Below are positions 24,890 to 37,279 of a DNA stretch of 64,000 nt, in pieces; position 1 is the stretch's first letter, and every line of letters starts with the position of its first letter. The notes beneath the pieces are model-generated. The model saw nothing but the letters and a program-made list of their open reading frames with translations. It did not search any database and was not told where the DNA came from. The position numbers and the translations under genes are program-made. This DNA comes from Takakia lepidozioides. Its lineage: Eukaryota; Plantae; Bryophyta. The DNA lies in contig CM060731.1 of the NCBI GenBank assembly GCA_030704615.1, positions 71,610,001 to 71,674,000 of the forward strand, in the 5' to 3' direction.

Positions 24890-27040
24890 TTATGAACTTT
24901 GCGTACCAGTAACCCCAGATCTGGTTTGCACCATGTGGAGTGTAGGGGGCTGCCACTTTTCTGTCACACTCATGGACATAGCAGGTGTCCCTAAATGCTT
25001 ATATGTGCAGCTGTGTACGGATGCCCATTGTGCGAACGTTCTCATCACTTCCACAAAGATAAGTGTTCTGTCCAACAATTCATTCCTTTTTGCTTTTCCA
25101 CAGTCATCAAGAGCCTTGGCAAAGTTGAATTTGTTCAGCATTGTTACCTGCTTTTGCTCAGGGGTGATCCAATGGGCCGCTTCATTCTCAGTTGTCCAGC
25201 TCTTGCTTGTCCCCACCTCCTGAATGTTGGCTGGTTTCTGCTCATGGAACTCTCCCTTGCTTTTGTCTTTTATCCACATTTTCCATTGGTAGGATGCAGC
25301 ATTATTATCCCATCTTGCTCCATGATGATCCTCTGTCTTGCCTTGCTGATTCTGCATCTCATAACTTTTGTTTTCCAATTCTGGTCTAGGGCTTTCCTTT
25401 TATTTTCACTCCACTCACAGTCTACATATGGACTCATGACTTTCAGTACTGCTCCTCTGTCCGCAAAAAGATAAGTCCTCCCTTTCTGTCCTTCCTTCAG
25501 CTTTTCTCCTCTCACTATCAGGAGGTTCTTGGTCATGACTTGCATTCTTCTTCTCATCAACAGGCTTTTCCAAATTACTTGTATAATTCTCTTCATCATT
25601 TGAATCTGATACTGCATATTGCTCCTCCATTGGCTTGTGTTGTCTCTTGGCTAGCTGGTTCCAGCTCTCTTGCTCCTTCATTCCTTCTTTCTGACCTCCT
25701 TTGGTGGCATGTAGATCATGACTTTCAGTGCTGCCACGCGTTGGTGCGCAAAAAGATATGCCCTCCTTCTCTGCCTTTTCTTCAGCTTGTCCATTTATGT
25801 CACCATGAGACTCTGTTTCATGCTTTGCCCGCTCCTCTTTGTCATTTGAATCTCGACAGGAAGCCTGAACTTCCCTTGCCTCAGTTTCATCTTTTCTTGA
25901 CTGGTCCCTTCTTGACTGCAGTTCAACATTTGTTTGCTGATGCATTTCTTTTACGTGCAGGTCCTCAGCACCTGAACTTCTCCCAGTCTCCTTGAAAAAA
26001 GATAAGTCCCCACTCATTGTCTCCCTTCCTCTCTCTGATTTTTCTGTTTCAAGGCCTGCAACTTGCAACCTTTCCAGCTTCACTCTAGTTTGTTAAAAAC
26101 AACTCAAGTCTGCTTTCTTTTGCTTGAACCCTGATGACTGCTGCTGTCCTTTTCTGTGCCTATCTCCATGTTGCTCAGATGCTCATATGACACCTCCTTT
26201 GTCTCATTCTCAGTCTTCAGCTTGTCATCTTGCTGCTGCCCCGAAATTCTGATCCTGGTTTGTTCTATTGATGTGGTCAGATATTGTTGACTGCCCCTCT
26301 TCTTCACGCGACATTGGACTATGTGTTGCTGCTCTCTTTCTTTGGTAAACAGCCACCTGATTCCCTGTTTCACTTTGCTTCTTGTTTGCACCATGCTGAT
26401 GGTTGGAATATTGTGGCACTGTGGACTCTCCAGTCCGTTGTCCAAAGTTCTTACCTTGGTAGCTCTCATTACTGGAATCTCCTCCTTGCATGCTATCCCG
26501 TTTCAGCTCACAAATTGTGCGTGTGCTCATTGCTCCTTCGGTTACTGATCCCATGCTTTGTGCTCCCGGCGCAGGTTGATTGATTTCAGAAGTGTTACTT
26601 GTCATCTGATCATCAACGCATGGTGGAGTCATTGCTGTTGGTTGCCCATCCTCAGTTGCACCTGCACCACCTTGAATTTGCTGCATGGTTGTCTTCCTAT
26701 GTTTCTTGTGGACACCATGTCCATGGCTGGTTTGTTGTTCCTCCTCCCGGCAGTAGGTTTCACACAATATCTCATCAGTTTCTTTTATTCCCTCATTCAG
26801 ATTTGTAAAAACCACTTGTTTGTCTTTCGGATTATACTCACCTTTCCTTGGGCTGATGTGGTCAATTCCAGGGTGCCATGTGAATCTGATCCTTTTTCCT
26901 TTATTGCCAATGATAGGTGGTTGTTCAACTCCACGCTTTAATTTCCTCTGTCTCTCGGCCAGATCTGCAGCCCTCATTTGCATTCCTTCATATCCATGCC
27001 CTTTGCTCAGGCACAATGACATAGTCTCCATCACGGGCAG
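24890..27040 (-). pseudogene. Chain of overlapping hydrophilic ORFs, probably one frameshifted low-complexity protein of unknown identity
   Basis: ORFs 26225-27040 (part), 26104-26469, 25415-26083, 25270-25617, 24890-25378 share E/K/Q/S-rich composition and repeated MVQTRS and SFC..STESH motifs. Confidence 0.35.
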
Positions 27041-27059
27041 TGTTTGCACCAGTCCATTA

Positions 27060-29229
27060 TCTTCCACAATATGTCTGCACCTCTCTCCAACAACTCTGAA
27101 AATCTGCATGCTGAGCCTAAACCCCTGGACATGTATGCTAAGTGTGGGAGCATCATGGATGCTCACCAAGTGTTTAACAGAATGCCTCAACGATCTTTGA
27201 TCACGTGGAATATAATGTGGGCAGGATTTACCAAGCATGGGTGTGGTAGGAATGCTTTGGAGACCTATGAGCAAATTCTGCGCGAAGGGGTGATGCCCAA
27301 CTACATCACATTTGTTTGTGTTTGCAATGCGTGTGCAAGCCTGGGAGCCACCTGGGAGCTCTGAAAAGGGGAAAGAGGTCCATGGTGACATCATCAAAGC
27401 TGGAATTGTACCAGATGTCATTGTGAACACTGCCCTGGTGGACATGTATGCCAAATGTGGGTGCATTAAGGATGCGAAGGGAGTTTTCAACACTATGGCT
27501 GAACGAGATGTGGTGTCATGGAACGCGAGCCTGGCAGCTCTGGAAAAGGGCAAAGAGGTCCATGGCGACATTGTCAGAGCTGCAATTGTACCAAATGTCA
27601 TTCTGAACAATACCGTCGTGGACATGTATGAAGGGAGTGTTCGACAATATGGCTGAACGAGATGTGGTGTTGTGGAGTGCGATGATTGCAGGATATGCAC
27701 AACAAGGGCGCGGGATGGAGGCTTTGGAGACCTATGAGCAAATGATGTGCGAAGCGGTGAAGCCCAACCACATAACGTTTGTTTGCATTTGCAATGCGTG
27801 TGCAAGCCTGGCAGCCCTGGAAAAGTGCAAAGAGGTCCATGGTGACTTCGTCAAATCTGGAATTTAACCCGATGTCATTCTGAACACTGCCCTGGTGGAC
27901 ATGCATGTCAAATGTGGGTGCATCGAGGATGCCAAGTGAGTCTTCGACAGTATGGCTGAACGAAACGAAATGTGGTGTTGTGGAGTGCGATGATTGCAGG
28001 ATATGCACAGCAAGGGTGCAGGATGGAGGCTTTGGAGACCTATGAGCAAATGATGTGCGAAAGGGTGAAGCCCAACCACATCACATTTGTTTGTGTTTGC
28101 AGTGCATTTGCAAGCCTGGGAGCCCTGGAAAAGGGAAAAGAGGTCCATGGTGACATCGTCAAAGCCAGAATTGTACCAGATGTCATCCTGACCACTGCCC
28201 TGGTGGACATGTATGCCAAATGTGGGATTAAGGATGCGAATGGGAGTTTGGCTGAACGAGATATGGTGTCGTGGAACGCCATGCTTGCAGGGTATGCACA
28301 ACAGGGGTGCGGGATGGAGGCTTTGGAGACCTATGAGCAAATGATGGGGGAAGGGTTGAAGCCCGACCACTTCACGTTTGTGTGCATTTGCAGTGCGTGT
28401 GCAAGCCTGGCAGCCCTGGAAAAGGGCAAACAGGTGCATGGTTGCATCGGCAAAGCTGGAATTGTACCAGATGTGATTCTGAACAATACCCTTGTGGACA
28501 TGTATGCGAAATGTGGGAGCATTGAGGATGCGGAGGTAGTGTTCAACAATATGGCTGAACGAGATTTGGTGTCCTGGAACGCCATGCTTGCAGAATATGC
28601 ACAGCAGGGGTGCGGGATGGAGGCCTTGGAGACCTATGAACAAATGATGGGGAAAGGGGGGAAGTGCACATCACATTTGTGTGCGTTGGCAATGCTTGTG
28701 CAAGCCTGGCAGCCCTGGAAAAGGGCAAAGAGGTGCATGGTGACATCATCAAAGCTGGAATTGTACCAAATGTCATTCTGGACACTGCCCTGGTGGACAT
28801 GTATGCGAAATGTGGGTGCATTGAGGATGCAAAGGGAGTATTTGACAATATGGCTGAACGAAATGTGGTGTCGTGGAATGCGATGATCGTAGGATATGCT
28901 CAGCATGGTTGTCATAGGGAGGTCCTGCAACTATTTGAATGAATGAAGATCAGAGGGGTTAAAAAGGAGCCAGGTCGCTGCTGCATTGAGGTTTGCAACA
29001 GGGTGCACACCTTCGTTGCAGATGACAAGTTGCATCTCAGAATTAAGGAAATCCATGCTGAGCTGAGAAGATTGTCTGGGCAGATGAAGGAGGTGGGGTA
29101 TGTGCCTGACACGCGCTTTGTATTGCATGATGTGGGGAGGAGGAAATGGAATTTTCTCTTTGCCACCACAGTGAGAAGCTGGCCATTGGTTTTGAAGATG
29201 GGATTTGTTCTTGTGGTGATTACTGGTGA
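27060..29229 (+). pseudogene. PLS-class PPR-DYW RNA-editing factor pseudogene
   Basis: Near-identical P-L-S triplets (LVDMYAKCG, VSWNAMLAGYAQQG, FVCICSACASLAALEKGK) broken by frameshifts; PG box KKEPG; ends HHSEKLAIGFEDGICSCGDYW*. Confidence 0.9.
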
Positions 29230-30384
29230 AAGGATGTCTTCTTGGAAAGATGCGAGTGTCTTGCTACATTCATTGATCTGTGACGTAGCTACTCAGACCA
29301 TCCACCATTTCCCGAGAGTATTGACCATGTGTACTGTTGAGTGCATTTGCTGTTGCATAAATCCACAGGAAATGATAGTGGGGTCTACCCGGCATAGGTG
29401 GGAAGTCAGCCCATAATTGCACTTGACTGAAGGGGTGATTTTTGACTGATTCTGGTGACAGTGGATGGAAATCAGAGTGCTGTCCTAATTCTGGGTTTGG
29501 GTGGTGGAGCTTCTCCAAAGCTTGAAGATGGAAGTGAGTACGAATTTTAATGAGCTTGATGAGAGGGGCAGCCCTGGTGCACAAGTTTGTTCAGCATCTT
29601 AAATTTGGACATGTTTGTTTGTTTCTCGTGGTGTGGCTTTGGATGGAGCCCTTGACGAACTTGCATGAATATTGTCAAAAGCTAGCCAACACCAAGATCC
29701 AATCCCATGGTGGCTGCTTGAAAGTTCATATAGTGATTGTAAGGATGCTGTTATTGATCGATGCGGCTTGACTCCCTCACACTATAACATCGGTTTGTGC
29801 GGGTTTGAGTTCAAGGTTGGGGGGAACCACTTGAGTTGCCAATCCCGAACAAGTCGAAAAACTCTCCTGAAATCCCCTTCAAGAAAGTGAGGCCTTTTTT
29901 TCTTGCTTCCAGACACCGTCCACACATCCCAAAAGCGAAGCTTTTGCATGTTGGTTCAATTAATATCAATGAATTTACACCCAACTAAGGGATAACTTAT
30001 GTGAATAATGAGAGGAAGATATATTTACTGCTCCTCCTTCGGCTGTGAGGGCACTGTCATCGGAAGGATTTGTAGTGAGCCGTGGTGCGATGCTCAATTG
30101 TTGTGCGAAGGGTTGTGTTGTTGTGGTCTATTGGTTTTTTTTTTTATCTCTCTCTGGAGTCCGGCTTGTAACTTTAGTTTTTGTTCTTGCAGGTTCTGAA
30201 GCATTTGTTGATGCATAGTCCTACAGAACAAGCACTGATTCTGTTGCCTCGCTGCTGTCAAGTGTGAGTGGATTTGAGGGCGTCTCATCAGGTGTGGAAG
30301 TGTCTGCATACTGGGCAGAAAAAGGGGTTCAACTCCCCCTAACTTCGTGGGAATACATATATAGATACAATGAAATACGGAGAC

Positions 30385-30537
30385 CTGACATGATAGCTTC
30401 GACAACACTCTGCCATTCTTTTTGCGAAAAACAATGAAATATGGGATGTATGTATGTATCACCATGGAGATGATCCACCCTTTTTTTGTGAAAATTGAAC
30501 ATAGTTCTCAGAATTCGTCGCTAGTAGTAAGCCCTAA
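30385..30537 (+). mobile_element. Helitron family B fragment
   Basis: Homologous to 38960-39133. Confidence 0.55.
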
Positions 30538-30739
30538 TTCTAGCGATGACCGAAGGTCGGAAGCTAGTTTAGCGTAGAGCAGGAATAGGGTGCCATAGTG
30601 CCACGTCATTGTCACCACGTTTCGTCGTCAAGTTTTTTGGACCCTGCCCGTTCTGCCCGACAATAACCGGAAAAAAACCCTGGAGAGATGGTCTGTACAC
30701 CAGCGTCGCTGTGAATGATGCGCGCGGGGAAGGGAGATG

Positions 30740-31500
30740 GGAGGATGATGACGATGGTGGGACAACCGCAATCGCAAGGTGTGGGTTTTTTTTAATGTAC
30801 AATGTGAAGATGTTTGTCCATCCTGCAAATGTGGGCTCTTGGTTCCTATTAGTACCATCATTTGGTATTCTTCCTGATGTTTACAAGGTTCTTGGGAGAG
30901 TCAGCGTGGTCTTAGCACGCCGTGTTTCAGTCTCTGCCCCGCTCAGCTGCACCGTGGTGGTTCTCATAGACCAATCCGACATTACCTGACTACAGACACA
31001 AGCAGCACACACAAGAGGTCCTTTTGGGTTGATGGTCGGTCAAATCCTCCATGGGTCATGCCACAAGGTCAAGGACAATGTGGTGAGGGCACCTTCTTCT
31101 TCGACCTATTTCAGCATGTTTTGCCCTCTCATCAGACTCCGCCCTGAGATGCATATTGAATTGTCAAGTGGTGAGTGCACCTTCTTCTTTGACCTATTTC
31201 AACCTGTTTTGCCCTCTCAGGGATGACGATGCCCCCGCGTCCTTGAGCGCGGAGGGGTGTTTCAATCTGTGCCTGCTCAACTGCACTGTGGTGGTTCTCA
31301 CAGACCAATCCGACATTACCTGACTACAGACACAAGCAGCACACACAAGAGGTCATTTTGGGTTGATGGTCGGTCAAATCCTCCATGGGTCATGATACAA
31401 GGTCAAGGACAATGTGGTGAGGGCACCTTCTTCTTCAACCTATTTCTGCTTGTTTTGCCATCTCATCAGACTCGGCCCTGAGGTGCATATTGCATATTGA
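30740..31500. repeat. Shuffled tandem repeat blocks, also present at 33370-33750
   Basis: GCACCTTCTTCTTCGACCTATTTCA-type unit occurs three times here and twice at 33550-33750; a second block is shared by 30740-30890 and 33370-33550. Confidence 0.75.
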
Positions 31501-33260
31501 TGCCAAAATGCCGAAACGAGATGTGGTCTCTTGGAGTGCAATAATTGCAGGATGTACTGAGCAAGGGCATGGTGAAGAGGCATTTGAACTCTTCACCAAG
31601 AAGGTGTAGAGCCCAACAAGGTCACTCTCATTTGCATCCTCAAAAGGTGTGCCAACACAGTAGCTCTAGGGCAGGGCAAGGGGCTTCATGCTCACATTGT
31701 CAGAGCTGGATTTGAATCAGATGTCTATGTAGGAACTAGCCTTGTCCATATGTATGCCAAGTGTGGGAGTTTGGTGGATGCGTGAAAGATGTTTGAAAAA
31801 ATGTCTAGGCAAGATGTGATTTCATGGAATGCAACGATTGCTGGATATATCCAGGAAGGGCTCATGGAAGAGGCATTTCAGCTCTTTCGGCAAATGCAAC
31901 TAGAAGGCATCACACCTGACAAGGTCACCTTTGCTAGTATCCTCAACACTGTGGTAGGATAGCAGATCTGGAACATGGCACTCAGGTCCATGCCCATATC
32001 ATTGAAGCTGGCTTTGAGTCTGATGTCCGTGTGGGAAACACCCTTCTCAGCATGTATGTTAAGTGTGGGAGTCTAGTGGATGCACGCCGAGTCTTTGACA
32101 ATTTGCCTAAACAAGATGTGGTTTCATGGAATGCAATGATTGCAGGATACATTCAGCAAGGGCACAGTGAAGAGGCATTTGAACTCTTCTGGAAAATACA
32201 ACGAGTAGGTATGAAGCCTGACAAGCTCACATTTGTTACCATCCTCAATGATTGCACCGGCCCAGCGGCACTGGAACAGGGCAGGCGTGTACATGCCCAC
32301 ATCACGGAAGGTGGAGTTTGAGGCAATTGTCTGTTTAGGGAATACCCTTGTCAACATGTATGCCAGGTGTGGAAGCGTGGTAGATGCACACCGAGTGTTT
32401 AACAACATGCCTTCACAAAATGTGGTTTCCTGGACTGCAATGATTGCAGGATATGCTCAGCAGGGTCATGGTGAAGAAGCACTGGAACTGTTTCGCAGAA
32501 TGCAACAAGAAGGTGTGAAACCAGGCCAGTTCACCTTTGCTAGCATTTCTAATGCATGTGCCAGCGTAGCAGCCTTGAACCAGGGCAAGCAAGCACCTGC
32601 ACACATTGCGGGACTCCAGGCAGATGAAAACATCCCTAAGTGAGATTTGATCTCATGGACCAAAATGATTTTAGGATCTGCTCAGCATGACTTCGGTGAA
32701 GGAGCGGATGCAAAAGGAAGGATAACACCGAATGAGGTTACTTGATGAGCACCTGAACACATTTGCCAGCCTAGGCCCTAGATAAAATGTGGGAATATGG
32801 TGGAGGCATGTCTAGTGTTCCACAAAGTGCCTCAATGAGATTTACATTCATTGGTGTTCTCTAGTGTAATGGCCATCAATATTCTGACTCTATGACTAGA
32901 GATCATGGCATCACACCAACAGGGGAGCATCTGGCTACAACTTGAACTTCTTGGTCGTACAGGGTGCTCCGATGTTGCAGAGGACTTCATTCACAAAATG
33001 CGAGTGAAGCAGGTGCACCAGCGTAGGGGGCTTGCTTGGTGCTTCCATAATTCCAGCAATAGGAGCTAGCTGAATGCATCCTAGAACGCATGTTCTGAAG
33101 TTAGAACCATAAAATGCTACAGTGTATATGCTGCTGTCAAATATCTATGCTGCAAACTTGGATGTGGACAATCTAGAAAATACCAGAAAATTGATGGAGG
33201 ATAGAAGTCTGAAAAAGGTGGCAGGGCGAAGCTGGATATAGATCACACCCACAAACAGGG
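31500..33260 (+). pseudogene. PLS-E class PPR pseudogene
   Basis: GNTLLSMYVKCGSLVDARRVFD, VVSWNAMIAGY repeats with several stops and frameshifts; E-domain remnants LLGRTG, YMLLSNIYAA. Confidence 0.88.
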
Positions 33261-34200
33261 GAGATCTTTCCAATTTTGAAACATTGCGGAAGGGGATGAA
33301 AGAGAGGATGTGCTTCTAACGCATTTTGTGTTGCATACTCTGGATCAGGTGCAGAAAATGGGAAGGGAGGATGATGGGAGGATGATGCCCCCGCGTGCTT
33401 GAGAGCGGAGGCACGATGGTGGGACAACCGCAATCACAAGGTGTGGCTTTCTCTTAATGAACGATCTGAAGAAGTTTGTCTATCCTGCAAATGTGGGCTC
33501 TTGGCTCCTGTTAGTACCATCATTTGGTATTCTTCCTTATATTTACAAGGTCATGCCATAAGGTCAAAGACAAAGTGGTGAGGGCACCTTCTTCTTCGAC
33601 CTATTTCAGCTGTTTTGTCCTCTCATCAAACTCGGCCCTGAGATGCATATTGAATTGTCAAGGACAATGTGGTGATGGCACCTTCTTCTTCGACCTATTT
33701 CAGTCTGTTTTGCCCTCTCATCAGACTCGGCCCTGAGATTCATATTGAATTCTGTAAGTTAGCTCGTTGGGTGGATCTGTGGTGGTTTGGAATGACTTTG
33801 ACAAGTAACTGCCGATGTGGCAGCAGGAAAGTATCCAAAAACAGATAACAGAGATGAGGAAAAGCTTTGGTTTGTACACAGGCAGGGATAGCTGAAGGAC
33901 CAGGGATAGATGTCCAGATTCATCCAAGAGGGTTGGATTTCAAACACAAAATTACTTCTGATTCCTTGATTACGTATGATTCCCTGTGGATCAATAGCTA
34001 CAAGAAACCTGCATGCGTAGATGTCAACTAAAGGCAGCAGCTGCAAAGTTGATAAAATCAGGCACCTCAACCTGACCACAGCTTCTGGAAGAGGACCAAG
34101 AGAGGGAGTCCACAATGTCTCTTCTGGCACTTCTGCGCATGTGAAGATGCTTTGTGAGGCAGACAGACTGAAAGAGGTTCTACAGACTTTAAACCAATGA

Positions 34201-35205
34201 GTGCAGTGGGTGCAGTTTTTCTTCGAGGCCAACATACCATTTAATGTGGCAAGGCTTTCGGCATTTGTTTCTGCCGTTAGAGCAACCTCGGAGTCCAAAT
34301 CCACGTACGTGCCTCCGACTTATCACAATCTCCGCACAGGATTGCTAGAAGACGTCATGACCGAGCTTACCCAAAAGGTCAACGACAGGACGGACGAGTG
34401 CATCAGAAAATATGGAAGCACTATATATGCCGATGGTTGGAGTTCTGTTACAAACAGACCATTGTTCAATATCATGCTCGTATATCCAGCTGGGGAACAA
34501 TTCTTGGGATCAGTCGACACTAGCGGTGAGAAGAAAGATGGACATTATCAATGCTAACTATTGACGGACTTCATCGAACATGTTGGAAGTGATAAAATCG
34601 TGCAAATATGCACAGACAATGCCGCTACCATGAGAAACACAGCAGACATGTTGATGGCACGTTATCCCCATATGTACTATCAAGGTTGTATTGCTCATAT
34701 CATTGACCTCTTTTTGGAAGATTGGGGAAAAGAACAGTGGGTGAAACAACTTGTCAAGCGAGCGAAGACTGTTGTGTCATTCATCCGCACACACCACATC
34801 CCTTTGGCAATATATAGGAGGCACGAACCAAAATACAGCCTCCGCAATCCAGGCGAAACTTGTTTTGTCACTAACTTCTTGATGGTGGATCGGTTGGTGA
34901 CGGTGAAGAGCAGTCTGGAGCACACTATCATCGATCCTCAATGGGATGCGTACACACGGACATTGCGGGACTCCAGAAAAGCCAAGTCATTGGGCAAAAG
35001 TCGAAAAGTTCGGAATAACATTTGCAGCGATGATTTCTAGAAGAAATGTGAAAACTTTGTTTATATGGTAGAGCCGGTGTTAATCGTCTTGTGGTAGTTT
35101 GATGGAAAACAACCAGTAATGGGCAAGGCATGGTTACTAATGCAAAATCTTGAGAAGCACGTCCAATCCTTGAAGCATCATCCCTTCTCTTTGAAACCTG
35201 AACTT
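34201..35205 (+). mobile_element. hAT transposase fragment (DUF659-like), pseudogenised
   Basis: FFFEANIPFNVA, TIYADGWS, IVQICTDNA, CIAHIIDLFLED; frameshift at about 34558 and stop at 35040; 3' truncated. Confidence 0.85.
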
Positions 35206-37247
35206 GTCAAGGTTCATCATGTCGCGTATTGTCCCCCCATTCCACCAGCGAGTGTAACCCTCTATCTCACGTGCATTCACAGCAAAATATTAGATAACAC
35301 CCGGATGCTGGAACTTCACTGCCAAAAACTCGTCGTTATGTTGTTTCAACGCATTTTCTGGATTTTTGGACTTGGGTTTTTTTCCCGCTAGCTCCCAATG
35401 CTCCGGTATTCTAGAATCGCCAACAATCCTACACTGACGGACCTTAGCATATCCTCCTTCTTTGTAAGGGCCAATCTCTACCACCTTCGAAGTAGAGTTC
35501 AGGTAATAAAGACCAGTTGTACCTCCCCCGCCCAATGACCCCACCTTCCAAGCGGCAACCCTAGTCCGGCGATGTGAATTCTGACTTGCCGAGCAAGCCC
35601 AATACTCAACACGCCGCATTAACTCAATTTCGGCGGAGGGCACTCGACCCTCGGTTGTTCTACCCTTCCATGTCTTCATTAGCTGCCTCAAATTCCACGT
35701 GGCGTCTTTCGCCCTGCTTTGGATCCACCGATTGAACTTCGGCTTGTCCCTGTCCGCCGTCCACTTAACCCCCGCCAAAGTGTTTGTCATTTTCCTCTCC
35801 GTTGTTTTTTTGCAAAAACTACGAAGTCACCATCCACACACGTCCATTGCCGTTTTCTGAGGTTTTGTCCCATGTAGTGGGCAAATGTTTATACAATGTC
35901 AGGGGTTGTGAATTCAAGTTCTGGGGCGGGGTCGTCTAGGGGTCGGAGGAAGAGAAAACGTGCCCACGAGCGGATAGTCAGGTCAACAAGCCAGACTACC
36001 CGGGACCAGATGCCTTGGATAGGGTGAAAGAAGTGGTAATGGATTATTTCAAGGGTAGGGACATGATGAGGCTGAAGAGTGCTTATGTCAGGCATGGATA
36101 GGAGGGGTTTCAGATTTTCCAGCAAAGCCGCCGGAGATCCGAAAATGGCAAAATGGTGATACGATGATTGAACCGTGAACAAGGATGTGGGACTGACCAA
36201 GAGAAAACCGACTAACCCCCCCCCCCCCAAATGGCATTATGCTTGAAAATGAGTGACATACCAGTGACGCCTTGTCACGTGTCAGCGCGGCGCGACTGGC
36301 CAGTCGCCCCTCGCCACGCGCACCCACATGGAAGAGGTCAAGGGTTCAAAACCACCTCCTTCCATCCCATTTGTTTTGTTTTTCCTGACCCGTGGCACCT
36401 CGCCACGTGGCTGGCCAGGCGCCGCTTCATGATTTTTTTTTTTTAAAAACGCCACACGGCGGGTCCCTGGATTTCTAAAAATATATATACGCGACCGCCG
36501 CATGGCGGTCGCTATATTTATAAAAACAAGAAAAGCGACCGCCACATGGCGGTCGCTGTTTCAAAGATTCAAAATAAAAATAAGCGACCGCCGCTAAATG
36601 GCTGTTGCTTCATTTTTTAAAATATATTAACTAAGTGACCGCCAAACGGCGGTCGCTTAATTTAAGAATCAAAATCAAATCGAGCGACCGCCTCCAAATG
36701 GCGGTCAATGTATTCGCTAAATTTAAAAAAAAACTATAGCGACCGCCACATGGCGGTCGCTGTATTTTTACAAAATATATCAAAGATATAATAATAATAT
36801 AATAAAGTGCGAGCGACGCCAATCTGGGCGGTCGCTTCATTTAAAACATAATAAACTTCAACCGACCGCCAATATAGACGGTCGCTTATTTTAAAATATA
36901 ATAAAATACAAGCGACCGCCAATATGGGCGGTCGCTTAATTTAATAAAATATTAAATCACAAACGACCGCCAATATGGGCGGTTGCTTCATTTAAAAAAA
37001 TAAAAAAATATATGCGACCGCCAATATAGGCGGATGTATTTTTTTAAATGAATAAAAAATATTAATAATTGACCACGTCTGTTCTACACCGTGGCTGCCA
37101 TGTCATTACAAATGGTAAAAATAAATCTTAAAAGTCAAATGTAAAAAAGATTACATGGGTAAACGTCCGGATTCAACATGACGTAACGCACGTCGGACGT
37201 GACGGCCGACGTGTCAGCGCCACGTCACGTCAGGAATGATAACTAGG
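35205..37247 (-). mobile_element. Kinase-bearing repetitive element, copy 1 (truncated, with internal inversion)
   Basis: Highly similar to about 50155-52481; same end GTCACGTCAGGAATGATAACTAGG in a different flank. Confidence 0.75.
36490..37035. repeat. Array of about 11 palindromes AGCGACCGCC-N3-7-GGCGGTCGCT with AT-rich spacers
   Basis: Directly visible; period mostly about 45-55 bp. Confidence 0.92.
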
Positions 37248-37279
37248 GCAAAATGTGGATGCATCAAGGATGCGGAAGA

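Noticed and set aside
26225-27805. 526-aa minus-strand ORF as a gene
   Set aside because: Its first half is the antisense of PPR repeats, so it is a chimeric open frame.
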